Source: Anolis carolinensis
Lineage: Eukaryota
DNA length: 64,000 nucleotides
Reading direction: 5' to 3'
NCBI RefSeq assembly: GCF_035594765.1
Contig: NW_026943818.1
Location: 10,573,924-10,637,923 of the forward strand
Shown here: positions 27,901-38,703 of the stretch, piece by piece
Position numbering within the stretch: position 1 is the first letter of the stretch
Layout of the letters: each line of letters begins with the position of its first letter
Program-made: the position numbers and the translations under genes
The notes under the pieces: generated by a model
The model's input: the letters and a program-made list of their open reading frames with translations, nothing else
Database searches by the model: none
Told to the model about the DNA's origin: nothing

Positions 27901-30691
27901 GGGGCTATTACAGCCTTGAGACGTTCACTTACCTTCTGGCCCTGAAAGCGAAATGGCCTGATCGCATCACACTCCTTCGAGGAAATCACGAAAGCAGGCA
28001 GATAACCCAAGTGTATGGATTTTATGGTAAGTTGCAGTCAACATAAACATTGAGATGAATTCACTTTGTTTCCTCAGGAAAGTGCTTTTCATTATCGGTT
28101 TTATGCCAGTGAATAGAAAGGAAATTAGATTTGTATTTATGAAAAACATCAGGAGGGCTACATGTTGCCTGTATTTGACTTTGAAATTATGACTAAACAT
28201 TTTAATCTTTCCTTCTGTCTGCATTAGATGAGTGCCAAACCAAATATGGCAACGCTAACGCCTGGAGGTATTGCACTAAAGTGTTTGACATGCTCACAGT
28301 AGCAGCGGTAAGTATTCTTTTAAAAAGTTTTGTGCTGCTGTCAAGTTCTTTCTAATGTATTGTAACTCTTAAAACAAGGCTGTCATGAATATATTGCAAG
28401 ATCAGTTTATAAGGGGATTTGCTGTGGTTTTCCTCTGAGTCTGAGAGAGATGCTTTGCTTTTTTGATAATGTAAACTCACATTGAATGTTGCCAGCTCTT
28501 TATTTCTCTTGATACTTCAGAGGATTTCCTAGGTTTATAGGAATCATGAAATTTTATCCTTCTGTCTCTCCTAAAGTTAATAGATGAGCAAATTCTCTGT
28601 GTCCACGGAGGCCTGTCTCCAGACATCAAAACGCTTGATCAGATCCGAACCATTGAGCGCAACCAGGAGATCCCGCATAAAGGAGCTTTCTGCGACCTGG
28701 TTTGGTCAGACCCAGAAGATGTTGACACGTGGGCCATTAGTCCCCGAGGGGCTGGCTGGCTGTTTGGGGCCAAAGTCACCAACGAGGTAATGAAATAAAA
28801 ATACATCCCCAGTTTACAAAATGGACAATTGATCGGGTTTGCTCTGGGTAACAGTTCTGACCGCAAATCAAAATGGTAGTTGGAGAAGGTATGGCAAATG
28901 TGCAGAGGAATAAAGATTGTCAACATGTATATATAGCTTAGAATGTACAATGCCTTGAGATCATGTCGGTCTCTTGAAAACCTTGCATAGGTAATATTGT
29001 GCTTTTTTGTTTGGTCTAATGCAACGGTTCCAAAACGGTGTTTTGTGGAACCTTGGAGTTCCGTAAAAACATTACAGGGGTCCCGCAAAATTTTTTTTAA
29101 TGCTTTGTAAAAAGGAAAACTTTTAAAAAAGTTTGTATCAGAGTATGAAGCTTTTATTGAAATTTAATGTATCACTGCTTTGAAGAAGAAATTTAAATCA
29201 GTGCCACTGAATGACATTTGGGTAGGCAGTGTGTTAAAATGCTGACCTGCTGAACTTGAAGGTCGCAGGTTCAAGTCCGGGGAGCGGAGTGAGCGCCCGC
29301 TGTTAGCTCCAGCTTCTGCCAACCTAGCAGTTCAAAAACATGCAAATGTGAGTAGATCAATAGGTACTGCTCCAGTAGGAAGATAACGGCGCTCCATGCA
29401 GTCATGCCAGTGACCACATGACCTTGGAGGTGTCTACGGACAACGCTGGCTCTTTAACTGAGAAATGGAGATGAGTACCAACCCCCAGAGTCGGACATGA
29501 CTGGACTTAACATCAGGGGAAACCTTTACTTTTACCGCTTTTAATAGACGTATAGCTGTCAGTAGCTGGAAAGGCTATCCAAGGCGTTAGGATTCCAAGG
29601 GAAAATTAAGGACACAGGGTTCTGCAGGGAAGGCATTAGGGTTGCACAGGAAAAGCAGGGACACAGGGTCTGGAGGAAAAGCAAGAAAATGGTTAGGGTT
29701 CTATGAGGAAAGCAGGGAAAGAGTTAGGATTCTTCAGTAATAGGATTCTTTATGGTTTTTATTCTTATTCTTTTCTCACCCCGAGTTTTAACTTAGTGTA
29801 CATGTGGCCCTTGTTTTTATGCTTACCTGATTTTGCGTTGTAATGTGTATTAATATCTATTGTATTGTTTAATGTGTTATGATGTGTTGTTCTTTTATAT
29901 TTTGTTATATTTTATTGTTTTGTGCATGGCCCCATGTAAGCCGCCCTGAGTCCCCGTTGGGGAGATGGTGGCGGGGTATAAATAAAGTTTTATTATTATT
30001 TTATTCAGGGAAAGCAAGGAAAGAGTTAGGGTTCTGTAGGGAAAGCAGGGAAAGAGTTAGGATTCTGCAGGAAATACAGAGAAAGAGTTAGGGTTCCATG
30101 GGAAAAACAAGGAAAAAAAATAGGATTCTGCAGGAAATGCAAGGAAGAAGTTAAGATTCCGTGGGAAACGCAGGGACATGGTTAGGGTTCTATGGGGAAT
30201 GTTGTGAAAGCAGGGAGGAAGTTAAGGTTCTGCGGAAAAAGCAAGGAAACAATATGGTTCTGTGAGAAAAGCAGGGCAAGAGTAAGGGTTCTGTGGGAAA
30301 AACAGGGACACAAGGTCTTCCTAAGGCTTCCATGACCGAAAAAGTTTGGGAACCACTGGTCTGGGATCATATTGATCCATCGCTGCTATCTTCCATCTTC
30401 TCTGCTACAAGTCTCTCTTTTCTTTCTTTTAAATCCTCCCAGTTTGTTCACATCAACAACCTAAAGCTCATCTGCCGGGCCCACCAGCTGGTCCACGAAG
30501 GCTACAAGTTCATGTTCGACGAGAAGCTGGTGACGGTGTGGTCGGCCCCCAACTACTGCTACCGCTGCGGCAACATCGCCTCCATCATGGTCTTCAAGGA
30601 CGTCAACACGCGGGAGCCCAAGCTCTTCCGCGCCGTCCCCGACTCGGAGCGCGTCATCCCCCCAAGGACCACCACGCCGTACTTCCTCTGA
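24949..30691 (+). CDS. PPP6C: Serine/threonine-protein phosphatase 6 catalytic subunit, 305 aa. Exons 24949-25023, 26967-27062, 27559-27624, 27885-28026, 28228-28307, 28577-28786, 30443-30691
   Basis: N-terminus [25 protein letters not shown]; PPP motifs [19 protein letters not shown] and [11 protein letters not shown]; C-terminus TTTPYFL. Continuous frame (918 nt). AATAAA at 30982 and 31349. Confidence 0.98.
25111..25244. mobile_element. Palindromic hAT-like MITE (CAGGCATGGGCAAACTT...AAGTTTGCCCATGCCTG), 134 bp
   Basis: Near-perfect fold-back over its full length, with CAGG termini. Confidence 0.8.
25557..25880 (+). mobile_element. Sauria SINE; another copy at about 29225-29535
   Basis: tRNA-like head with A/B boxes (GGTTCAAATCCC), body TGCCAACCTAGCAGTTCGAAAACATGC, and ACCTTT tail. 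Confidence 0.85.
29575..30320. repeat. Degenerate purine-rich minisatellite (about 32-bp unit GCAGGGAAAGAGTTAGGGTTCTGYAGGAAAA), interrupted by an L2 tail
   Basis: GTTAGGRTTC recurs every 30-33 bp in PPP6C intron 6. Confidence 0.72.
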
Positions 30692-31991
30692 AACACTTCT
30701 CCCGTCTTTTCCTTCTTCATATCCTTCTGTGTGACATACTTTTTATTGAGCACTTTGCTGCTGAAATGCTGCCTCTTGCCTTGTTCTTTTTATTTTTAAA
30801 TTATATCTAAATGTGTTGTACATTGTCGGTAGTGACGCGTCTCTTCTCGACCTCCCTCGGCATAAAATAGCAAAAAATTACTTCCTTTTCCAAGAGTGCT
30901 CTGAGCACCTCCCTTCGCTGTTTTATAATGCTTCTCAATTTCCCTCTTTATTTCTTTTGTTTGGATTTCCCTCCCTTTTCCAATAAAATACAAACAGAGC
31001 CAGAACTAGTCCGATCTCCTTATTTCACTCGAATATTTATCTTAAGGATAAAGTTTTAAAGAAATTTCAGCAGCAAAGTTGTATTTCTGTGCGTTGACGG
31101 GACTTCCAAAGTCCATCTCTCGCGCAACCAAGATCTATAAGAGGGAACGGTCGTGCTTTATATTTTGTTTGAAGCAGATAGAAATAAGTGGTTTAAAAAA
31201 GGATGCCCATGCTTTGGTTTTTCTTTTCCCCAAGACTTATTATTTTTATTTTTTAGGATCCCAAGGAAAAACAAAACACGCCACAGGTATTTGGATTTGT
31301 ACATTAAAATAATTGTTCTGATTTTTCTCTCAGATACCTTGTATTTTTAATAAAGTCATATCTAGAAACTCTGCCTCCAGGTTAAAACGTTGGAAATAAA
31401 AATCTATGTTGTTGATGTGAATGTCATGGCCTTTCATTTCAAAACGGAGCAGTTTTGAGCATTGTTGGTGGAGATCGCAGTTTCACTGGTTGTGGGTGAA
31501 CTACAGCTCCCAGAAAGGAAGGCCAGTCCCCCCTCAAACCCTTCCAGTAATCAAATTTTGGCATATTACTACTATTACTATGTTTATTACTATTATTACT
31601 ATTCTTCTTATTGCTATTATTATTGCTAGTACTTGTATTACTATATACCTATATAGATAGATAAACATAGTAATCTGCAATAATAAAAAGGATAATATAT
31701 ATTATGATTGCAGGTTATATATATAGTGACCAGATGACTATTATTATTATTATTATTTTATTATGACACAGCAAACAAGATAGATATGCTGGATTTCGTA
31801 TCACAAAATCACAAGTCGAACACTTCCCAAGTGTCTAGGACTGTGTGATGTATTTTCGGATGATGCGTGCAGATCCCAGTAGGGTGGCCTTTTGCAGTTG
31901 GCAGATCGTGATTTTATCAATGTCCATTGTTATTATTATTATTATGTACACTGGTCACTCTGTGTGTGTGTGTATATAAAAAATTTCAGGT

Positions 31992-32024
<33 letters not shown>

Positions 32025-32279
32025 CGCATATGGCGATCAGAGGACTCTATTATTACTACTGTTATATGTTTATCACTACTATTATTACTATTATTACTAC
32101 TACTATGACTATTTTTCTTATTGCTATTATTATTACAAGGACTGTTATTACTATTGATATTATTATATCTGTCAGCCACCCCGAGTCCCTCTGGGGAGAT
32201 GGTGGCGGGGTACAAAAATAAAATTATTACTATTATATTACTATTATTGTTATTATTAGCATTAATTCCTCTGGTTATA

Positions 32280-34905
32280 TATATTATATATATCTCTATA
32301 TATAATTTCAGCTTATTATTAATAATAAAATTAATAGTATAGTGTTGTGTAGTTGTGCTGTCCATATGTATCCATATCTATATCTATAATTTCAGCTTAT
32401 TAGTATTACTATTAATAGTACAGTGTTGTGTAGCTGTGCTGTGTTAAATGTCCATATATATCTATATACTAGCTGTGCTCGACCACGCGTTGATGTGGCA
32501 AAGTCTGGTGGTATGGGAAATAAAGTATTGAGGAATTGGTGGTAGTTAAGGTAAAGGGTAAAGGTTTCCCCCTGACATTAAGTCCAGTCATGTCTGACTC
32601 TGGGGATTGGTGCTCATCTCCATTTCTGAGCCAAAGAGCCGGCGTTGTCCGTAGACTCCTCCAAGGTCATAATTATTTCATATTACAGTAGAATCTCACT
32701 TATCGAATATTCGCTTATCCAATGTTCTGGATTATGTCTTTTAGTAGTCAGTGTTTTTGTAGTGATTGTTTTAAATTCATTGTGATATTTTAGTGGTAAA
32801 TTTGTAAATATAGTAATTACTACATAGCATTACTGCACATGGAACTACTTTTTCTGTTAAATTGGTTGTATAACAAGATGTTTTTGTGCTTAATTTGTAT
32901 AATGATTACCTAATTTGATGTTTAATTTGCTTTTCCTGAATCCCTTCTTATTATGCAACATATTCACTTATCCAACGTTCTGCCGGCCCGTTTATGTTGG
33001 ATAAGTGAGACTACTGTATATCTATATATGTATAATTTCAGCTTATTATTAGTAATAATATTAATAGTGTTGTGTCGCTGTGCTGTGTTAAATATCTATA
33101 TCTATCTATATATAAAATTTCAGCTTATTATTAGTAATAATATTAATAGTACAGTTGTGTAGCTGTTCTATGATAAATGTCCACATATATCTATATCTAT
33201 ATATATGTATAATTTCAGCTTATTAGTAATAATATTAATAGTAGTGTTGTGTCCCTGTGCTGTGTTAAATGTCTATATCTATATATATAATTTCAGCTTA
33301 TTATTACTAATAAAATTAACAGTACAGTTGTGTAGCTGTTCTATGATAAATGTCCACATATATCTATACATATATATTATAATTTCAGTTTATTATTAGT
33401 ACTATATATATTATCTCAGCTTATTATTATTAATAATATTAATAGTACAGTGTTGTGTAGTTGTGCTGTCCATATGTATCCATATCTATATCTATAATTT
33501 CAGCTTATTAGTATTAATATTAATAGTACAGTGTTGTGTAGCTGTGCTATGGCAAATATCTATATCTATATACAGTAGAGTCTCACTTACCCAAGCTAAA
33601 CGGGCCGGCAGAAGCTTGGATAAGCGAATATCTTGGATAATAAGGAGAGATTAAGGAAAAGCCTATTAAACATCAAATTAGGTTATGATTTTACAAATTA
33701 AGCACCAAAACATCATGTTATACAACAAATTTGATAGAAAAAGTAGTTCAATATGCAGTAATGTTATGTTGTAATTACTGTATTTACGAATTTAGCACCA
33801 AAATATCATGATATATTGAAAACATTGACTACAAAAATGGCTTGGATTATCCAGAAGCTTGGAGAAGCGAGGCTTGGATAAGTGAGACTCTACGGTATAT
33901 AATTTCAGCTTATTATTAGTAATAATATTAATAGTACAGTGTTGTGTAGTTGTGCTGTCCATATGTATCCATATCTATATCTATAACTTCAGCTCATTAG
34001 TATTAATATTAATAGTACAGTTGTGTAGCTGTTCTATGATAAATGTCCACATATATCTATATATATGTATATTTTCAGGTTATTAGTAATAATATTAATA
34101 GTACAGTGTTGTGTAGCTGTGCTGTGTTAAATGTCCATATATATCTATATATATAATTCAGCTTATTATTAGTAATAATATACAGTTGTGTAGCTGTTCT
34201 ATGATAAATGTCCACATATATCTATATATGTATAATTTCAGGTTATTAGTAATAATATTAATAGTAGTGTTGTGTTGCTGTGCTGTGTTAAATGTCTATC
34301 TATATCTACATCTATATATATAATTTCAGCTTATTATGTATTAGTAATAATATTAATAGTACAATTGTGTAGCTGTACTATGGCAAATGTCCACATATAG
34401 CTATAGCTATATCTATATATGTATAATTTCAGTTTATTATTGGTAATAATATTAATACAGTTGAGTAGCTGTTCTATGATAAATGTCCACATATATCTAT
34501 ATCTATATATACAGTAGAGTCTCACTTATCCAACACTCGCTTATCCAACGTTCTGGATTATCCAATGCATTTTTGTAGTCAATGTTTTCAATATATCATG
34601 ATATTCTGCTGTTAAATTCGTAAATACAGTAATTACTACATAGCATTAATGTGTAATGAACTACTTTTTCTGTCAAATTTGTTGTATAACATGATGTTTT
34701 GGTGCTTAATTTGTAAAATCATAACCTATTTTGATGTTTAATAGGCTTTTTCTTAATCTCTCCTTATTATCCAACATATTCACTTATCCAACATTCTGCC
34801 GGCCCGTTTATGTTGGATAAGTGAGACTCTACTGTATATCTATATCTATATATATTATAATTTCAGCTTATTAGTAATAATATTAATAGTACAGTGTTGT
34901 GCTAT
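32280..34905. repeat. AT-rich minisatellite (about 75-85-bp unit TATAATTTCAGCTTATTATTAGTAATAATATTAATAGTACAGTGTTGTGTAGCTGTGCT...) with inserted MITEs (32686-33016, 33573-33895, 34512-34834) and a Helitron end (32469)
   Basis: Many recurrences of TAATTTCAGCTTATTA. MITE TIRs are visible at the listed positions. Confidence 0.85.
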
Positions 34906-35125
34906 GAACTGATTGGAGTGGCTGGGAGGCCCCGCCCCTTTCCCACCCTTGGCCACGCCCCATCCCGTCCCGATTGGCTTTCCCTCTCGCCCTTCCCAAC
35001 CCGCTTCCCCAACGGGCGGGGTTTCCGTTTCCGGGCAGAATCTCCACAGAAGGTCGGTGGCCGCCGTGAGGGAAGGAGGTGCCGCTTTCTCCGCCTCTGA
35101 CTGGAAAGGCCTCGCCGAGCAGGCC
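34906..35125 (+). promoter_or_regulatory. ARPC5L CpG-island promoter (CCAAT and GC boxes)
   Basis: ATTGG at 34912 and 34973. GC boxes CCCCGCCC (34930), CCACGCCC (34953) and GGGCGGGG (35014). GC content rises abruptly before the ATG. Confidence 0.75.
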
Positions 35126-38100
35126 ATGGCGCGGAACTCGCTCTCCTCACGGTTCCGCCGCCTCGACATCGACCAGTTCGACGAGAACCGCTTCGTGGAG
35201 GAGGTGGACGGCGCCGAAGCCGGGAGCGGGGCCTTGGGGGCGGCGGAGGACGAAGGCGGAGGAGGGCTGCGCGCCGAGGTGGAGGCCGCCCTCAGGCAAT
35301 ATCCTTCCTTCCTTCTTTCCTGAGGGAGCCGGATAGAGTCGGGCAGGTATGGGCAAGCTTGGGCCCTCCCTCCAGGTGTTTTGGACTCCAACTCCCACCG
35401 TTCCTCACAGCCTCAGGCCCTTTCCTTTTCCCCCTCAGCCGCTTAAGCGGCTGAGGGGGAAAAGGAAGGGGCCTGAGGCTGTGAGGAACGGTGGGAGTTG
35501 GAGTCCAAAACACCTGAAAGGAGGGCCCAAGTTTGCCCATGCCTGGACTAGAGTCATTGAAGCCTAATTGGAAGGGACCCCTGGACTATCTAGTCCAGGG
35601 GTCCCCAAACCTTTTAAATGGGGGGCCAGTTCACAATCCTTCGGACCGTTGGAGGGCCAGACTATAGTTGACCACCGAGCAATAAATAATAATAATAATA
35701 ATAATAATAAAGAGGATTGGCAGAGACCCCTTGGGCCATTTAGTCCAACTCCTTTCTGCCTTTGTGCACTGAAAGCACAACTGATGGCCACACAGCCTCA
35801 AAATTAACAATAATAATAATAATGGGTTTTGGAGCACAATACTCCTGACCTCACAATCGTGTTAAAAAACAAAGTATGGATTGGAGGGTTGTTGTGTGTC
35901 TTTCGGGCTGTGTGGCCATGTTCCAGAAGCATTCTCTCCTGACGTTTCGCCCACATCTATGGCAGGCATCCTCAGAGGTACCTCACAACCTCTGAGGATG
36001 CCTGCCATAGATGTGGGCGAAACGTCAGGAGAGAATGCTTCTGGAACATGGCCACACAGCCCGAAAGACACACAACAACCCTGTGATCCTGGCCATGAAA
36101 GCCTTCGACAACACAAAGTATGGATTGTCGATGTTGCAATCCCAGGTGACAGCAGGATTGAGGAGTAACAACTGGAAAAGCTGACACGATATGAGGATTT
36201 AAAGATCGAATTACAAAGACTCTGGCACAAGCCAGTCAAGGTGGTCCCAGTGGTGATCGGCACACTGGGTGCAGTGCCTAAAGACCTTGGCCTGCACTTA
36301 AACACAATCGGCGCTGACACAATCCCCACCTGCCAGCTGCAGAAGGCCACCTTACTGGGATCTGCACGCATTATTCGCCGATACATCACACAGTCCTAGA
36401 TACTTGGGAAGTGTCCCACGTGGGATTCAATACAACAGCCAGCAGAGTATCTGCTGTGGACTCATCTCGTTGTATTTCAAATAATAATAATAATAATAAC
36501 TGCAAAAGGCCACCCTACTGGGATCTGCACGCATCATCCGAAAATACATCACACAGTCCTAGACACTTGGGAAGTGTTCGACTTGTGATTTTGTGATATG
36601 AAATCCAGCATATCTATCTTCTTTGCTGTGTCATACAATAAAATAATAATAATAAGGGTTGTAAGAGAAGAAGAGAGACCCCTTGGGTCATTTAGCCTTG
36701 TGCCATGGGGGCCGGAGAAATGGCTTTGATGGGCCGCATCCGGCCCCCGGGCCTTAGTTTGGGGATCCCTGATCTAGTCCAACCCTCTGCCATGCAGGAA
36801 AGGCACAATGAAAGCACCCCTGACAGATAGCCATAAGGCTATAATAATGACAGTTGAGTTAGAAGAGACCCCCTGGGCTATCTAGTCTGACCCCCTGCCA
36901 GGCAGGAAAAGCACAATCAAAGCACCCCTGACAGATAATAATAATACTTTTTTTTTTCGTGTCAGGAGCAACTTGAGTTGCTTCTGGAGTGAGAGAATTG
37001 GCCATCTGCAAGGACGTTGCCCAGGGGACGCCCGGATGTTTTGATGTTTTTACCATCCTTGTGGGAGGCTTCTCTCATGTCCCGGCATGGAGCTGGAGCT
37101 GATAGAGGGAGCTCATCCGCGCTCTCCCCAGGTGGGATTCGAACCTGGCAGCTTTCAGGTCAGCAACCCAACCTTCAAGTCACGAGGCTTTAGTCCACTT
37201 CGCCACCGAAGGCTCCTATATATAATAACTAGCTGTGCCCAGCCACGCGTTGCTGTGGCGAAGTATGGTAGTATGGGAAATATTGAGGAATTGGTGGTAG
37301 TTAAGGTAAAGGGTAAAGGTTTTCCCCTGACGTTAAGTCCATTATAAGGGCCTTGCGTCTACACTGCCATATAATCCAGTTCAAATCAGATAATATAAGA
37401 TTATAAATGGTTTATATAGCTGTGTGGAAGGGCCTTGAGTCTACACTGCCATATAATCCAGTTCAAATCAGATAATCTGTATTTTATAGGCAGTGTGAAA
37501 GAGGCCTAAGTGAGGTCTAACTCTGCCTTTTCCTTGGGCTGAGTGGGTTGCTAGGAGACCAAGTGGGCGGAGCTTAGCCTTCTAAATGGCAGCAATTGGA
37601 TAAAAACAATTATTCTTCTCCCTCTAATTAGGACTTTATTTTTCTTTTCTTTTTGTTGTATGAACGTAGAGGCATGGACGAGGGGTTGTGCTGCCAAGTT
37701 TAGTGTTTCTGGGATGTGTAGTTTTGTTGTTTTGTCCTAGGTCGAAATCTCACTACCCTTTTATATATATAGATAATAATAATAATTTTATTTTTATACC
37801 CCGCCTCCATTTCCCCGGAGGGTCTCGGGGCGGCTTACAAATACAGAATGAACATACAATAACATCAAGAACTGAATAAAAACGTGGAAATGTAAATTAT
37901 AAAGACATAAAAAAATCACAATCATTAATAAAACACAGGTTAAAATACAGCAATAAAATCATAAAATAAACTGGGCAAAAGTGCGCTAAGTGAGACTTGT
38001 AAACATGGAGGAAGTTAAAGTGCTATGAGATCATGGGGGAGAGATGGCCACCAAGCCATGACAATAATATTAATAATGATAATAGAGTTGGCAGAGACCA

Positions 38101-38566
38101 CATGGGCCATCTATTCTGACCCCCTGCCATGAAGGACAAGGGCAATTAATTAATTAATTGCTTCCATTTCTATACCTTATTTCTCAATCCAAGCCCCCCT
38201 GACAGATGGCTATCAAGCCATAATAACAATAATGATAATAATAACATCACACAGTCCTAAACACTTGGGTAGTTTTCGACTTGTGATTTTGTGATACGAG
38301 ATCCAGCATATCTATCTTGTTTGCTGTGTCATACAATAATAATAATAATAATATAGTTGGAAGAAACCACATGGGCCATTTAGTTCGACCCCCTGCCAGG
38401 CAGAAAAGGCACCATCAAAGGACCCCTGGCAGGTGTCCATCCAGCCATAACAACAACAACAATAATAGTACAGTTGGGACCCCCAGGGCCATCTATTCTG
38501 ACCCCCTGCCATGCATGAAAGTCACAATCAGAGCACCCCTGACAGATGGCCATCCAGTCATCATAA

Positions 38567-38604
<38 letters not shown>

Positions 38605-38666
38605 AAGTAAAGGTAAAAGTTTCCCTGACGTTAAGTCCAGTCGTTTCTGACTCTGAGGGTTGGTGC

Positions 38667-38703
<37 letters not shown>

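Larger units (their letters stand above)
35824..36482 (+). mobile_element. R4/Dong-clade 3' fragment (restriction-like endonuclease domain) inserted in (TAA)n
   Basis: With the nested PLE removed it reads [27 protein letters not shown]...[34 protein letters not shown]...[21 protein letters not shown] (PD-D RLE motif). Flanked by TAA repeats. Confidence 0.82.
35596..36771. mobile_element. Non-autonomous hAT element with 8-bp TSD ATCTAGTC, containing nested R4 and Penelope insertions
   Basis: TIRs CAGGGGTCCCCAAAC / GTTTGGGGATCCCTG. ATCTAGTC at 35588-35595 and 36772-36779. Confidence 0.88.

Noticed and set aside
35299-35323. ARPC5L ORF apparently ending at YPSFLLS* (pseudogene?)
   Set aside because: This is read-through into the AT-AC intron. 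The frame is restored by U12 splicing to 43207.
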